A stretch of 63,598 nt of DNA, the filler included, from Reticulomyxa filosa (taxonomy: Eukaryota; Protista; Foraminifera), in assembly GCA_000512085.1 (NCBI GenBank). It is 14 parts of 14 records of this genome, joined end to end, with 100 filler letters (N's around TTAATTAATTAA, not from the genome) between each part and the next. Parts side by side here need not be neighbours in the genome. Positions count along the whole stretch, not along the records: positions 1 to 5,861 come from ASPP01007625.1; positions 5,962 to 8,925 come from ASPP01017903.1; positions 9,026 to 14,585 come from ASPP01006125.1; 11 more parts are not named here. One strand, written 5' to 3'. The notes under the pieces are model-generated. The model was not told where the DNA came from and did no database searches. It saw nothing but the letters and a program-made list of their open reading frames with translations. The position numbers and the translations under genes are program-made. This document shows positions 1 to 11,390 of this stretch, piece by piece; positions within the stretch are counted from its first letter, which is position 1, and the number at the start of each line of letters is the position of its first letter.

Positions 1-22
1 TTTTTTAAAAAAAACATATTAC

Positions 23-651
23 TTGTTTTAATTCTTCAATCACCTCCACGACAGCTTTGAGGAATCTTAAATTATTTTTTTTTGTCCCGTCTTTTTTTTT
101 TTTTTTGCTTAAAAAAAAAAAAAAAAGAAAGGGGGAGAGATTCATTGAGGAACTTGGAAAATTTTTTTTTAACTGTTCTGCTTGTTGGTGCCCCGAATCA
201 GATTTATTGAACCCCAAGCCAAATCGCTTGCCACCGTCGTCAGTGAAACTATGGAAGTTTTTTGATTTTTGTTTGTATACGCATTCGCGGGTGCAGTTTG
301 CATTCAACAACACTTGCTGTGCTTTTACTGTCCATGCCAGCAGTCGATAGGAATTGTCAGAACTGTCACAACACAAATGGACCTATGCACACATTATGTT
401 ACATCAATATTCGTACAAAAAAAACCAACAACAAAAAAAAAGGGGTTACCACAACCGTATGTACTTTGCATCCCAAACCGGATCACATACATATTCAATG
501 ATTAACTTCTGACCACCCGCCTTCTCCTGACACTGACCATGTTCGATCTTCTAAATGGTATACCACTGCGTAACACGATTGGACTGATTTCTCTGTTGTT
601 TCCGAAGTACCGATCGTCGCTCTTCCTCGTGGGGCTTCAGAGGGATGCTCG
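23..651 (-). CDS. EVH1/WH1-domain protein (Ena/VASP-like), partial, spliced
   Basis: Splicing GT-AG introns (e.g. 383..506) gives EKSVQSCYAVVYHLEDRTWSVSGEGGWSE|VHLCCDSSDNSYRLLAWTVKAQQVLLNANCTRECVYKQKSKNFHSFTDDGGKRFGLGFNKSDSGHQQAEQ|FLKAVVEVIEELKQ. This follows the EVH1 pattern (W..GFSRV, FHQW, YGLNF, C-terminal helix). Start codon not resolved; the gene runs off the window edge. Confidence 0.75.
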
Positions 652-2410
652 CTTATTTGTATATATTCACACAAATGAATTCCAGAAAAAAGATGACAGA
701 CAGAGAGCGTGTAATCACCTCATCATTTTAATATTCGTTTGTTAATAAATGTAGATTTTTTCTTTTACGTACTTTGTGAAACGCTGACAGCATAGTGTTG
801 AGACACAAAATCGAATAATATATTCATTCTTGGAAAATGATTTGCGTTTTAGTGTTTACATCTTTTAGATATTGGGAAATAATAAACTGTTGCAATAGAC
901 CAATATATTTATTACATTTTGAAAGCATTACGAAATTAGGCAAAAATTCTTAATAAAAAAACGAGAACACTTGTGAATAGTTGTTATCATGTTAAACACG
1001 TTGATTTTTTTAAAAGATGGTGATAAGTAAGTTTACGATAATTAGTAAAATAACTTTTTAAATTAAAAGTATGGCAATTATTTTTTTAAAAAGTGTTGTT
1101 CATGTGCTGATTTCTCGGAATCCCGTATATATTTATATTTCAAAATACTGTATTGTTGATTTGGAAAAATTGTTGTAGCTGTCAAGTGGCATTTGATTTT
1201 GATTATTTTTTTGTTTTTTTATTTTTCAAACTAGCGTACATAGAAACGAAATAAGCATATATCATTGTTACTTTATATGAATCACACTTTTTATTTTGAA
1301 ATAAATTATTTTTGGTTTTCTAGAATAACAACATTCTAGTTGTTTGTTGGACAAAAATGTGGAAAACAATTTTACAGTATAACTTTGATGTAATTTTGTT
1401 GTAAACTTGTAGAGTTGCAACATAACAAACGATACAGTCAATGTGATATCAAAACATAAATGCATTGAATTTGTAGCACAGATTTATGTTGTTCACAATC
1501 TGTGCGGTTATTTAGAAAAGAGAAAAAGTTTATTTTGGCCAATTATGGCAAATAATTAAACATGCACTTTAATGTTGTGTTCATTGACAAATAGATAAGC
1601 ATAATGCATACAATACAATGATCTGTCGTGCGTTCGAATTAATACTTGTAATCTTTTCCAAAAAAAAATTGGAAAAATCTGTTGCTTTTTAGTTTTTATT
1701 CATTTGTGGTCCGTCACTTCAAATTTGACATGAAATAAAGTGACAACAGCTGCACCAACTTTTTTGTTGAAGCTGCTCGAAAGAACACTTTTTTATATTA
1801 CATTAATCCTTAAAAGCAGATCTTTTAACAATTATAAATTTATTCAAATTTCTTTATTTCAATCACACATCTATTATATTGGAAATACAAAATTAAAATC
1901 ATAATGTGGAGAAATACACAAAAAAGTTTTAAACCAACTCAACTTTCATGTGGACAAAACAATCATGTACAATGAAGTTAAATCTTTTCCCATCTTTTTA
2001 AAGAAAAAAGAAATGAAAAAGTTTGCACAAATTGAAAAAATATCGAATAACGCAATACAACTATATCACACATAACATTAATGGTAACGGATTTAAAAGC
2101 TAAAAATATTGACAAACACAGTCTGAAAGACACATTCAGCATTACCAAAGTCGAGTGGAACAAGCTCCATCTTATTGTTGTCGCTGTTTTTATTTTTGTT
2201 AGTTGATCTATTCCAAACAAAAATAAAGGTATTTGTTAAAAAAAATGTTATTCAACTTACGACGTCTATTCAACTTTTTAATTGAAAAATTTATAAACAA
2301 GGCCGTTACTAGTTTAAAAATTGAATATAACACCCGAACACACTTGATTTGCTCTCATTTATATTGGAAACAAGCAAAGTAGTGTGGAACAAAAACAAAG
2401 AGAAAAAGCT

Positions 2411-5400
2411 TTAAGATTGCGTGCCTTGGCACCACTCTGCAAATTTTGAGTACCAAAACAATGATTTGTTGTCAGTTTGAATCTTTGCCTGAACACACAG
2501 CGATTGATCAATGGGCGGTTTGTCAACTTGCTCTTCTTGTTTATTCTTCTGGCTTCTGCTCAAAAACCATTCCAACAGACGGTTTTCATCGACAGACTGA
2601 ACCCCCTCTAATGGAGTCCTTCCTTTCTGTGCAAAGAAGAATCATTTCATCGTTTTAGCTTAAATAAGAAATGGACAGAGAAAAAAAGGTTTACATCACA
2701 CCTCATCTTTCAAGGTCCATAATTCCCCGAGAATTTCTTTTGGGATGGAATCTAAAATGAATTGTGCAGCGAGTAAATTTGGCTGACATCGGATGAGTTG
2801 ATGAAAAGGCGTTCGTTTGGACTGTTTTTAAAAAAGATTTTACAAGCATCGAATTGTCTAATTTATATGTCCACTTATTCGTGGACTCTATCTTTTTTTT
2901 TTTTTTTGTAGTGTTTACCTTATTGGTCGCTCTCCATAGTCGTGGCATCATATCTTTTGAAACGAATTTGAGCATGACTTCAACCACCTTAAAATTTTGT
3001 TGAAAGCTGACAAGATAGTGGAACGGTGTTTCTTCGAACTTTTTTGTTTTGTTTTTGTTTCATTTAGTTAAGCACTTGTTTTTCAGACCTTCTTTTTTTT
3101 TTTTTTTTTATTAAAAAGAAAACTCACTTGGTTTGTAGTTGCCCAAAGAGTATCTAAAAAAGAGTGAGGGATCAAATCCAAAATGAACTGTGCATCGCAA
3201 CCTTTTGTCAAGCGCTGTGCTAAATAGTGGAATGGCGTATCTTGCTCCTGATGTAATAAAAACAGAATAAGACAAAAGCTTGCAGCAAGTATGGATGGCA
3301 ACACAAAAAAAAGAGATATACGTTATTTCTTGCAGTAAGCAATGATTGAAAAAGGGTGTCATTACTTTGAACTAATCCGAAGATATATTTTAAAACCTCA
3401 ATTTTGGAATACCGAACAAGATCATGACATAAAGTATTGCGCTATAGATTTGAAGATTTTTTTTATTTTTTTTTTATTTTAACATTACGTATAAATATGT
3501 ATAAATATATGTACATATATATATGTATGTATATGTATATGTATATATATGTATATGCATGTATAAAAAGAAAACTCCAGGTCGCTGTTGCAATAACACA
3601 TTTCGATGGTTTTGAATGAAGTGGAACGGGAAATGAATAAGCAATTGCAGTAACATATCCTCATTCATCCCGGCAATCATAAGCTTATGTTCAAAGGAAA
3701 GTTTGTGTTTGGATTGAAGACATTCCTGGTAAAACTCATCTGCTCGGATGATTTCATACAAAGGATGGACTTTGTCCTTAAAGGTAAGCATGGGTTGAAT
3801 AATGAACTCGATCTCTCCGACAATGGCAATCCATTCCCCGGAAGGGGACTCTTTTTTGTTCAAAATGATGTTGATTTTGATGTCCTTGTAGGAACGGAAT
3901 TGGACCTGTTCGGAGGTAAGATTGGCAAACTCAGCGAATCCGTTTTTCAATCGCATGATTTCGAGGCGAATGTCGGGATGGTTTCGATTGGCATCGCTGT
4001 GGACAAAGCGCAAGAAGGCTTGAATCGCGCGAAGATAATCACGAACGTGATGGAGGGTCAAGGAGCATCGTAGCAGATCAATGATCTGAGCACTGGTCGG
4101 GAACTGATATCCGGACATTTGATTATATTCCAATTGCGCCTTTTCAACACAGCGAGAGATATGTTTGACACGTGCAATTTGTAAATGTTGTCGATCTTCT
4201 TTGAAGATGCGCTGCATTAGATCGGTGAAGCATTCGTTCATCAGATGAGCTCGAGTTATCAGCTGCGACAAATACGTAGTCAAATCATACATCTCCACGG
4301 GATGGAACGAGGCATCAGTCGAAAATACGTGCATGTATTTCAGCTGTGACTCGTTCATCACAGACTTGACTCCAAAGTCGATTCGATCCTGTCGCCAATA
4401 TGCCTCGTTCGGATAACGCTCATTCGTATACTTCAATTGACACAGCTGTCGAAACGTATCCGTATCCTTGTCAAACATGGAGGCTCGAATGCGCTGCTCT
4501 TCTTTCAACAGACCTTGCACTTCTTCCTTCTTTGCTTTGTGTCTTATTGCATCGAACAAAATGGACTCGGTCTTTGTCTTTGTCTTTGTCTTTGTATTTG
4601 TATTTGTATTTGTATTTGTATTTGTATTTGTCGTGCCTTCCAAATCACGTCGAGTCCATTTCATTAGCATTATCTCGCTTTCCAAAAACGTCTTCTGAAG
4701 GTACGTCCAATCTTTTTTATTTTCGTGCGCATGCTCAAAATCGATTACTTTGTCGATCGTGTCCACAATCATATCTTCTATGGTTTTTGTCGTTGCTTGC
4801 TGTTTTTCCTCCAATTTCAACTCCGAGTCCTTTTTTTCAGAGTCTTCTTTCGGCTGACTGGCTCTTTGCTCGTGCCACAATGTGAAGAATAACAGCTCGT
4901 TTAATAGTGGCATCTTGTCTTGAATCAGCTGTCGCATCGTCTCGCACCACAGCGTCATCACTTGTTCCTCCGATATCTTCATTTCATTGTCCTTCAACAC
5001 CTTCCCAAGATATCGAAACAGCACCTCACATTTCGATTCCAATTGGTTGTATTTTTCTCCAAACGCTTCGCTTCTTTCTGCCACTTTTGTGCGTCTTTTT
5101 TTTTTTGCCAAGTGCACAAATAAACGTATACATTATATACATTATATATATATATATATATATGTAATATATATATATATATATAATGTATACGTTTATT
5201 TGTTTTTTTTTTCACTGTTGGCAATTTGTTAATGTTTTCCCTACTTTGTGATTGAGCAGCGCAGCAATGATATCTGCGTTTTGAAAGAGCAAGGCGCGAT
5301 CGAGCACTGTTTCTCCAGTTGGTGCACAAATATGTAAGTCCACGTTGGGGTAGTTTGCCAACACGTAACGTAAAGCCTCTACATTTTCACTTTCGACGAT

Positions 5401-5861
5401 TTCAAACAATATCGTTGGCTTTTTTTTTTTTTTTTTTGGAAAAAAAAAAAAAAGGGGGGGTTTATTCGTGCAATAAACCTATGTAACAACCAGAGAACAA
5501 ACACATATGCATACACACAAAACGAAACATTAATAAGGTCTTTGCTGTAATAGTTGATATAATACTTTTCTCCAAACAATTGCAACAAAGCCAATGCTTT
5601 ATTCGGCCTGCGTTCTCCGACGTATTGTTTAAATTGCTGAAAAAACCATTTCTGTTGTTTTCATAACATATGCATGCAAACAATGAGTTCATTGCATGTT
5701 TCAAAAGTCTTTTTTTTTTTTTTTTTTTTTTGAAGATGTTTGTAACATTAAATTGCGGATCCAATTGATTGACTTGTTTTTGCAATAACGCAATTTCTTG
5801 CGTCGACATATACTTTTTCAAGTCTTCCATTTTGTTCACTTGCTTTGAGCCTTTTTTTTTT
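2411..5861 (-). CDS. Ankyrin repeats + RelA/SpoT-like nucleotidyltransferase domain + ankyrin repeats; multi-exon, probably 5'-truncated
   Basis: N-terminal ANK exon (PTILFEIVESENVEALRYVL...PTGETVLDRALLFQNADIIAALL). The large exon within ORF 3474..5117 has ARVKHISRCVEK / IIDLLRCSL / RLKNGF / SYKDIKINI / VGEIEF / HPLYEIIR. Exons 3322..3441, 3128..3247, 2919..3038, 2702..2821 and 2411..2626 follow, with TLCH/TPFH/TPLE ankyrin motifs and in-frame GT-AG junctions; stop at 2411. Confidence 0.75.
4570..4631 (-). repeat. In-frame hexanucleotide microsatellite (ACAAAT/ACAAAG)n encoding TNTNTN...TKTKTK
   Basis: Tandem tttgta/tttgtc units on the + strand inside ORF 3474..5117. Confidence 0.9.
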
Positions 5862-5961
5862 NNNNNNNNNNNNNNNNNNNNNNNNNNNNNNNNNNNNNNN
5901 NNNNNTTAATTAATTAANNNNNNNNNNNNNNNNNNNNNNNNNNNNNNNNNNNNNNNNNNNN
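5862..5961. other. Artificial contig linker
   Basis: 44 N + TTAATTAATTAA (stops in six frames) + 44 N. Confidence 0.98.
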
Positions 5962-5963
5962 AA

Positions 5964-7184
5964 AGTGATGACTTAGGTATTGAATTTATTCCATCAAATC
6001 AAAAACCTAAATTCAATCCATTATTATATGAATGTGATTTGCACAAACTTAAAATTATTGAAGATACAGTAAATATAAAAATGACAAGAAATAATCATTT
6101 GCAGAAACTGTTTCATGAGATGATAAAAAATGATTATTTATGTGATTTATTTACTACTAGACCATTGACATCTCATAAAAAAATCAAAGAACAAATAAAT
6201 TATAATAAAAAGAATGAAGGAGATGAATTGATATTAAATGATAAAATATTAACAATATTAAATGAATTGAAGATATTGTATCATGATGATATTCATAAAC
6301 AAATGGGATATCCACTTCAATTACATCAAATTTGTGCAATTTTATTGTATTGTGGTAAATCATGTAATGCTACATTCAGTTATGATCAAATACAATTTAG
6401 ACATCATAATTGGCCTTATTTAGATTGGCATTTGGGAGAGGCTATAAATATTTTACATAAACATGAAAGAAGAGAAGAAAGTGAAACGGAATTATATTGT
6501 GGATTGAAAAATGTTCGATTAGAGAATATTAAAGAAATAAAATCAGGGTTTTTCATAAGCCATGTAAGTACTTCAGATGATATTGAAGTTGCACAAGTGT
6601 ATAGAAGTCATCAAGGATGTATTTTACATTTTCATACTTCTATGAGCAGAGCACTTCAAATAAAAAATTGTGATGTATCATGGATATCTCCATTCAAACA
6701 TGAACGTGAAATTTTGTTTGCAAGATCTTATATATGCCATTCTAAAGATGAGAAAATACATAAAGAGCAATATGCATGGAATGCAAAAGTAGAGGGTGAA
6801 GATAAATATACACAAACGATATTATTGACATGGGCAAAATATGATCAGTGTATCCAACGAACTATGCAAATAAGTGCAATGTGGAATCATTCCATCGATT
6901 TCAATCTTATTTATGTTGCACTTACTTATGCTTGTAAAGAAAATATTAATGAAACATTAGGATTGTTATTCAAATTTGAACAATGGAAATTTCGAAATAA
7001 CAATGAACAAAAATACAAAAAAAGAATGAACGAGTTTTTGGAAGGGCGTTGTTGCAATCACGATGTCAATTTATTTTGCGTTTTTCTTTCTAAAATATGT
7101 AAACCTCGAACTGCTATTGAAAATGCAAAAATAAATACTATTCACAATCGTTTCCCATTTGTTGCAAAAGATAAAAAGCATTGA
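5964..7184 (+). CDS. ADP-ribosyltransferase-like protein (R-S-E clade), 5'-truncated
   Basis: Frame is open from the contig edge. AILLYC helix, ELYCG (canonical LYRG), SHVSTS and DVSWISPFKHEREILF (E-x-E) occur in the order typical of arginine-type mono-ARTs. Confidence 0.75.
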   Translation, partial: SDDLGIEFIPSNQKPKFNPLLYECDLHKLKIIEDTVNIKMTRNNHLQKLFHEMIKNDYLCDLFTTRPLTSHKKIKEQINYNKKNEGDELILNDKILTILNELKILYHDDIHKQMGYPLQLHQICAILLYCGKSCNATFSYDQIQFRHHNWPYLDWHLGEAINILHKHERREESETELYCGLKNVRLENIKEIKSGFFISHVSTSDDIEVAQVYRSHQGCILHFHTSMSRALQIKNCDVSWISPFKHEREILFARSYICHSKDEKIHKEQYAWNAKVEGEDKYTQTILLTWAKYDQCIQRTMQISAMWNHSIDFNLIYVALTYACKENINETLGLLFKFEQWKFRNNNEQKYKKRMNEFLEGRCCNHDVNLFCVFLSKICKPRTAIENAKINTIHNRFPFVAKDKKH

Positions 7185-7293
7185 TAAAAAAAATTAAGTT
7201 AGAAAAATATGATGTTGTTCAATCTGTAAAAAAAATAAATTTAATGTATTGAAAACAAAGATTAAAAAATGAAGCTTACAAATGATTGTTGTA

Positions 7294-7901
7294 TTAAAGT
7301 TTGTTTTCACTGATAAAAGTTGTGGCATCATATGATCCAGAACATATCATATTTGAATTATTACCAACTTCGATATTATTTACTACAAATGGTAAATATT
7401 CAACAGTATATACACAATCATTATGACTATTAAACTTGAATTTGTTGACTAGATCGAATATCACATAAACAAACACTTTTATCATATGATCCAGATAACA
7501 TTGTATTTAATAATTCATTTGATCCATATTTTACACTCAACACATTACTTTTATGTCCTTTAAAAATAATTAATTGTTTAGTTGTTTCAATATCCCATAC
7601 ACGAACAGTTTTATCATTTGACTCAGAGCAAAGAAATTGACAATTATTAAATGCTAATAATCAATACCTTTCACCAAATTTGTATGACCACGAAATATTG
7701 TGAGTAATTTTGATGATAAACGAAACGTTTCAAACATAAAAACAGTTGCCTATGTTAAATAGTGAATATGAAAATAACAACATATAAATAAACACGAACA
7801 AATGATTGACAACAAGTTTGTCAAAGTCATGAATCCATCCTAATTTAATTTTTAATACTCGGATCCAATATTGAATAATTGTTTGTATATTTTCTTCTGA
7901 C
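7294..7901 (-). pseudogene. WD40-repeat pseudogene
   Basis: Leader SEENIQTIIQYWIRVLKIKLGWIHDFDKLVVN, then FRGHTNLVKGIDY* (stop/frameshift), SNDKTVRVWDIETTKQLIIFKGH, SGSYDKSV, and a further frameshift. Confidence 0.8.
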
Positions 7902-8019
7902 TAATTCAAATCATAAATACAATAGAATCAATCTTGAAAACTTAAAATGAAGTTTACCAATGCTGATTAAACACATAAATGAATTTATTGTATAAGACTA
8001 ATTGAAAAACAACTAACAG

Positions 8020-8836
8020 CCAAAAAATGAAATAAAATTTGTTATTCAACATTGGATTCGAATTTTAAAGATAAGATTATGATCGATGACTTTGATAAAA
8101 TTATTATTAAATATGTTAAGTATATTTCTTTTTACATATGAATAACTGATAATTATGTAATTCATTTTTTCAAATAGGTAAGAGGTTTTCAATTATCAAT
8201 TGTTTTTTGCGAGGACATAACAATACAGTAAACAGTCTAAGATTTTCAGCGGATGGTAGCAAGATTGTTTCGACACTATATGATCGCACTGTTCGAATAT
8301 GGGATGTTGCGTCAGGAAAACAGCTTCAAACTTTCAGAGGACATACTGATCGAGTATTTGCTGTAAGGTTTTTATCAGATGGACATGCTGTTGTTTCATG
8401 TTTAGGTGATGGGACAATTCGATTATGGGATATACATTCTGGAATAGAGAAAAACAATTATTAGGACATTCAAGAGATATTAATTGCATAATTTTCATCA
8501 GATGGTAAAATGATTGTATCATCAAGTGATAAAATAATTAATTTGTGGAATATATAATCTGGTGAAATATTGAAACAGTTCAAAGGGCACTCTAATCGTG
8601 TAGTGCGTGCAAAATTTTCTCCAGATAATACATTTATTTCCTGTTCATTGAATAATACAATTCGAATATGGAACATTAAAACAGTAATGGAATGTGGCAT
8701 ATTGAAAGAACACTCAAATCTTGTGAATGATATAAAATATCTTCCAGATGATCAAACAATTGTACCATGTTCAAGTAATAATATAATTCGATTGTGGAGC
8801 GTAAAATCAAGGAAGAGATTACAAATATTGGGATGA
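8020..8836 (+). pseudogene. WD40-repeat pseudogene
   Basis: Damaged leader VIQHWIRILKIRL*..DDFDKII. GH...WD repeats (RGHNNTV..RIWD, RGHTDRV..RLWD, KGHSNRV..RIWN) are split across frames by indels and stops. Confidence 0.85.
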
Positions 8837-8925
8837 TTAAGGTTTACACAAATAAATAAAATTTTTCTTTTCAATTTATGTTATTATCTTTGAAATTTAA
8901 TGTCTTAACATTTTCTTGATTTAAC

Positions 8926-9025
8926 NNNNNNNNNNNNNNNNNNNNNNNNNNNNNNNNNNNNNNNNNNNNTTAATTAATTAANNNNNNNNNNNNNNNNNNN
9001 NNNNNNNNNNNNNNNNNNNNNNNNN
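8926..9025. other. Artificial contig linker
   Basis: 44 N + TTAATTAATTAA + 44 N. Confidence 0.98.
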
Positions 9026-10029
9026 ACACACACACACAAAACAATGTCACATAAGCGAGTTCGTGCAATGAGAAGTATCGATAATGCGTCAATACGAAAA
9101 AAAGAAAGATAAATGAAATGAAAGTCTGACATGCTTCTCTTGCGCTTCGTTCAATTGTTGTTGTAGTTGATGAGAATGGATAGTTCGTTTTGAATGGCAG
9201 CGTACTGTTGTTGCAAATGTGTATATTGCTGTTGAATGGAACGGTGTTCATTTTGCAATGTAGTGTGATTCGCTTTGAGTTGTGAGTATTGTGTTTCAAA
9301 TTCATGTTTGAGAGTTTGCTCGTGTTTTAATTTGGAGGTCATTTGTTCGAAATCATTTCGCCACTTTTCTTTTTCTTTTTTCGTATTTTGCAATTCGTTT
9401 TTCAATTGATCGATCCCTTCGGCCTTTGTTTTCCATTGTTGCAATTCTTCGAGTAATGTGTTATAATTATCACTTTGTTTATTCGTCTGTGTCTTCAACA
9501 AATCTTTGAGATGGTTGACCTCTTCTTCTTTTTGTTGTAAGTTGTTCTGTGTCATTTTTTTTTTCAAGTGTGTTGCAGTGTGTCTAACATGTCTATGATT
9601 TCACACAAACATTGTACCTCAAATGATGCTATACGCTGTTGCAAAGCTATATTCTCACTTTTCAGCTGCTCGGAGTGGGGTTTTGACTCTTTTAGTTGCG
9701 TTATTTCCTTCTTTTTTTAACAAAATAAAACAAAACAAAAAATTACTACCAATTAATACTTCAAACAAAATATAATATTTGTTTGCCTGCAAAGTCTCGT
9801 TTTGTTCTTTTTGTTTTATTGCTTCTTTCTGAATTTGTTGCAAATGTTGCAATCTAGCAGATGAATCTTTCCAGTATTGCTGCAATTCTGTCACTTTGGA
9901 CGTAAGTCTCTTTCTTTCTTCTTGCGAGTCGTTCAGCTGTTTCGACAGTCGACTCACTTCTTTTATCAAAGAGTCCGTTCGCTCTTTGTTTCTTACGTTC
10001 TCTTGTGCGACTTTTTCATACTGTGCCAC
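9026..10029 (-). CDS. Coiled-coil protein, partial, spliced
   Basis: ORFs 9655..10029 and 9151..9567 are Q/E/K/L-rich heptad sequences separated by intron-like AT-rich DNA. Ends not resolved. Confidence 0.55.
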
Positions 10030-11390
10030 TTTTTCCTTTTTGTGTTATTTTTCCCCTCTTTCATCGACATTACCTCCGATAATCAACGTTGTGTGCATGT
10101 GTATCCCTCTTATCTTCTATCTTAAACTTTGCCAACAATAAAAAACAAACACACATACATCAATACGACTCCACACTGGATCATTCAATCCCGGGGTTGA
10201 GGTTGAGGTTGGGGTTGAAGTCGAATATAATGTGAGGTCAGTCTGTTCATAAAAAACAATCGAGATTTCATTGTAAGACTTTTATTTATCAAAATTATTT
10301 CAAAACAATGCAAGTGACACTTCATTTCGAACACTCACGTCTTTGGTCAATGGCTGCACTGATTCCTGCCAATATTCAAGTTTTATTTAAACAATTCCAC
10401 ATTTACATTCAGAAAAAGTTTGTGCGAAAAAAACAAAATTTCATTGTTTTTTTTTACTGTTCGGAAGGCAGTTCCAACAACTCTTGTTGCAAAAATGTGT
10501 CGAAATCTTCAAAAAATTTGGAGGATGGATTTTGCTGAGTTGATGGTACTATATCAACTTCAGCACCTCCAAATTTTGCAAGATCATTCATCTCAACTTA
10601 AATTTTTCAATGAGAATTGAACGGCTGAGCTGGCCTAAATTATGCAACCTTGACTAAGCATCCCTTTTCTTTAGCAAATACATTGTCAACCAGATCTATT
10701 TACGAATAATGCAGATTTGACTAAAAACGTCGAAAAATGGTGAATAAAAAATAATCACTCACAAATTATGCTATACAAACGAAAATACGATTTTCAACGA
10801 CGCGGGCATGATAAATCAAGTCTTAATGAAAAGTTGCTATAAGATCGTGAATGACGAGTAAATGAACTTTATTTGGCATTTTTGTTTGTTGTCTTGCTCT
10901 CTTTTGTTTTTTCCTTCTTTCTTATTTCATGTCTTATTAAAACTTCAGTTTGGAGTGTGATTATATGCAATCTATTAAATTAAACAGGGGATCATCAAAA
11001 GAAAACATTCTAAAAAAGTTGTCATTCATACCAACATTTTGCTGCTTTTTTAAGACAAGTGAAATTATTTCACTGCGTTTCTATGTATTTTACCTCCACG
11101 TAAAATATCATATTCATTGTAATTCCTAATAGGCAATATTTTTTCATCATTTATCAACCAAAATATTGTATTTTAGTAGTTCATCCTCTATCTTTAAAAA
11201 TCTTTAAGTCCTCTTTGTGTATATTAAAATGCAAAATAATATTTTGCGAGATAAAAAACAGTCAAATTCCGAACAACAAACAACTTAAAGACCAAATAGA
11301 GTTAATGGATCACTTTATCTATTATTTACAGTTTATCACGTTTTCAAAAAATGTCGAATAAAACGAAAAACAGGGCGAAGAATTAAGATC

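Noticed and set aside
2627-2660. In-frame TGA upstream of the last ankyrin exon, suggesting readthrough or selenocysteine
   Set aside because: It lies inside a GT-AG intron (2627..2701) whose removal gives a clean frame.
4400-4885. Plus-strand ORFs with LYLYLY / CICICI / VFVFVF runs
   Set aside because: Antisense shadows of the coding microsatellite in the minus-strand gene.
2411-8836. RelA/SpoT-like gene next to an ART gene and WD40 genes, read as a defence island
   Set aside because: An artificial linker (5862..5961) separates them, so physical linkage is unsupported.
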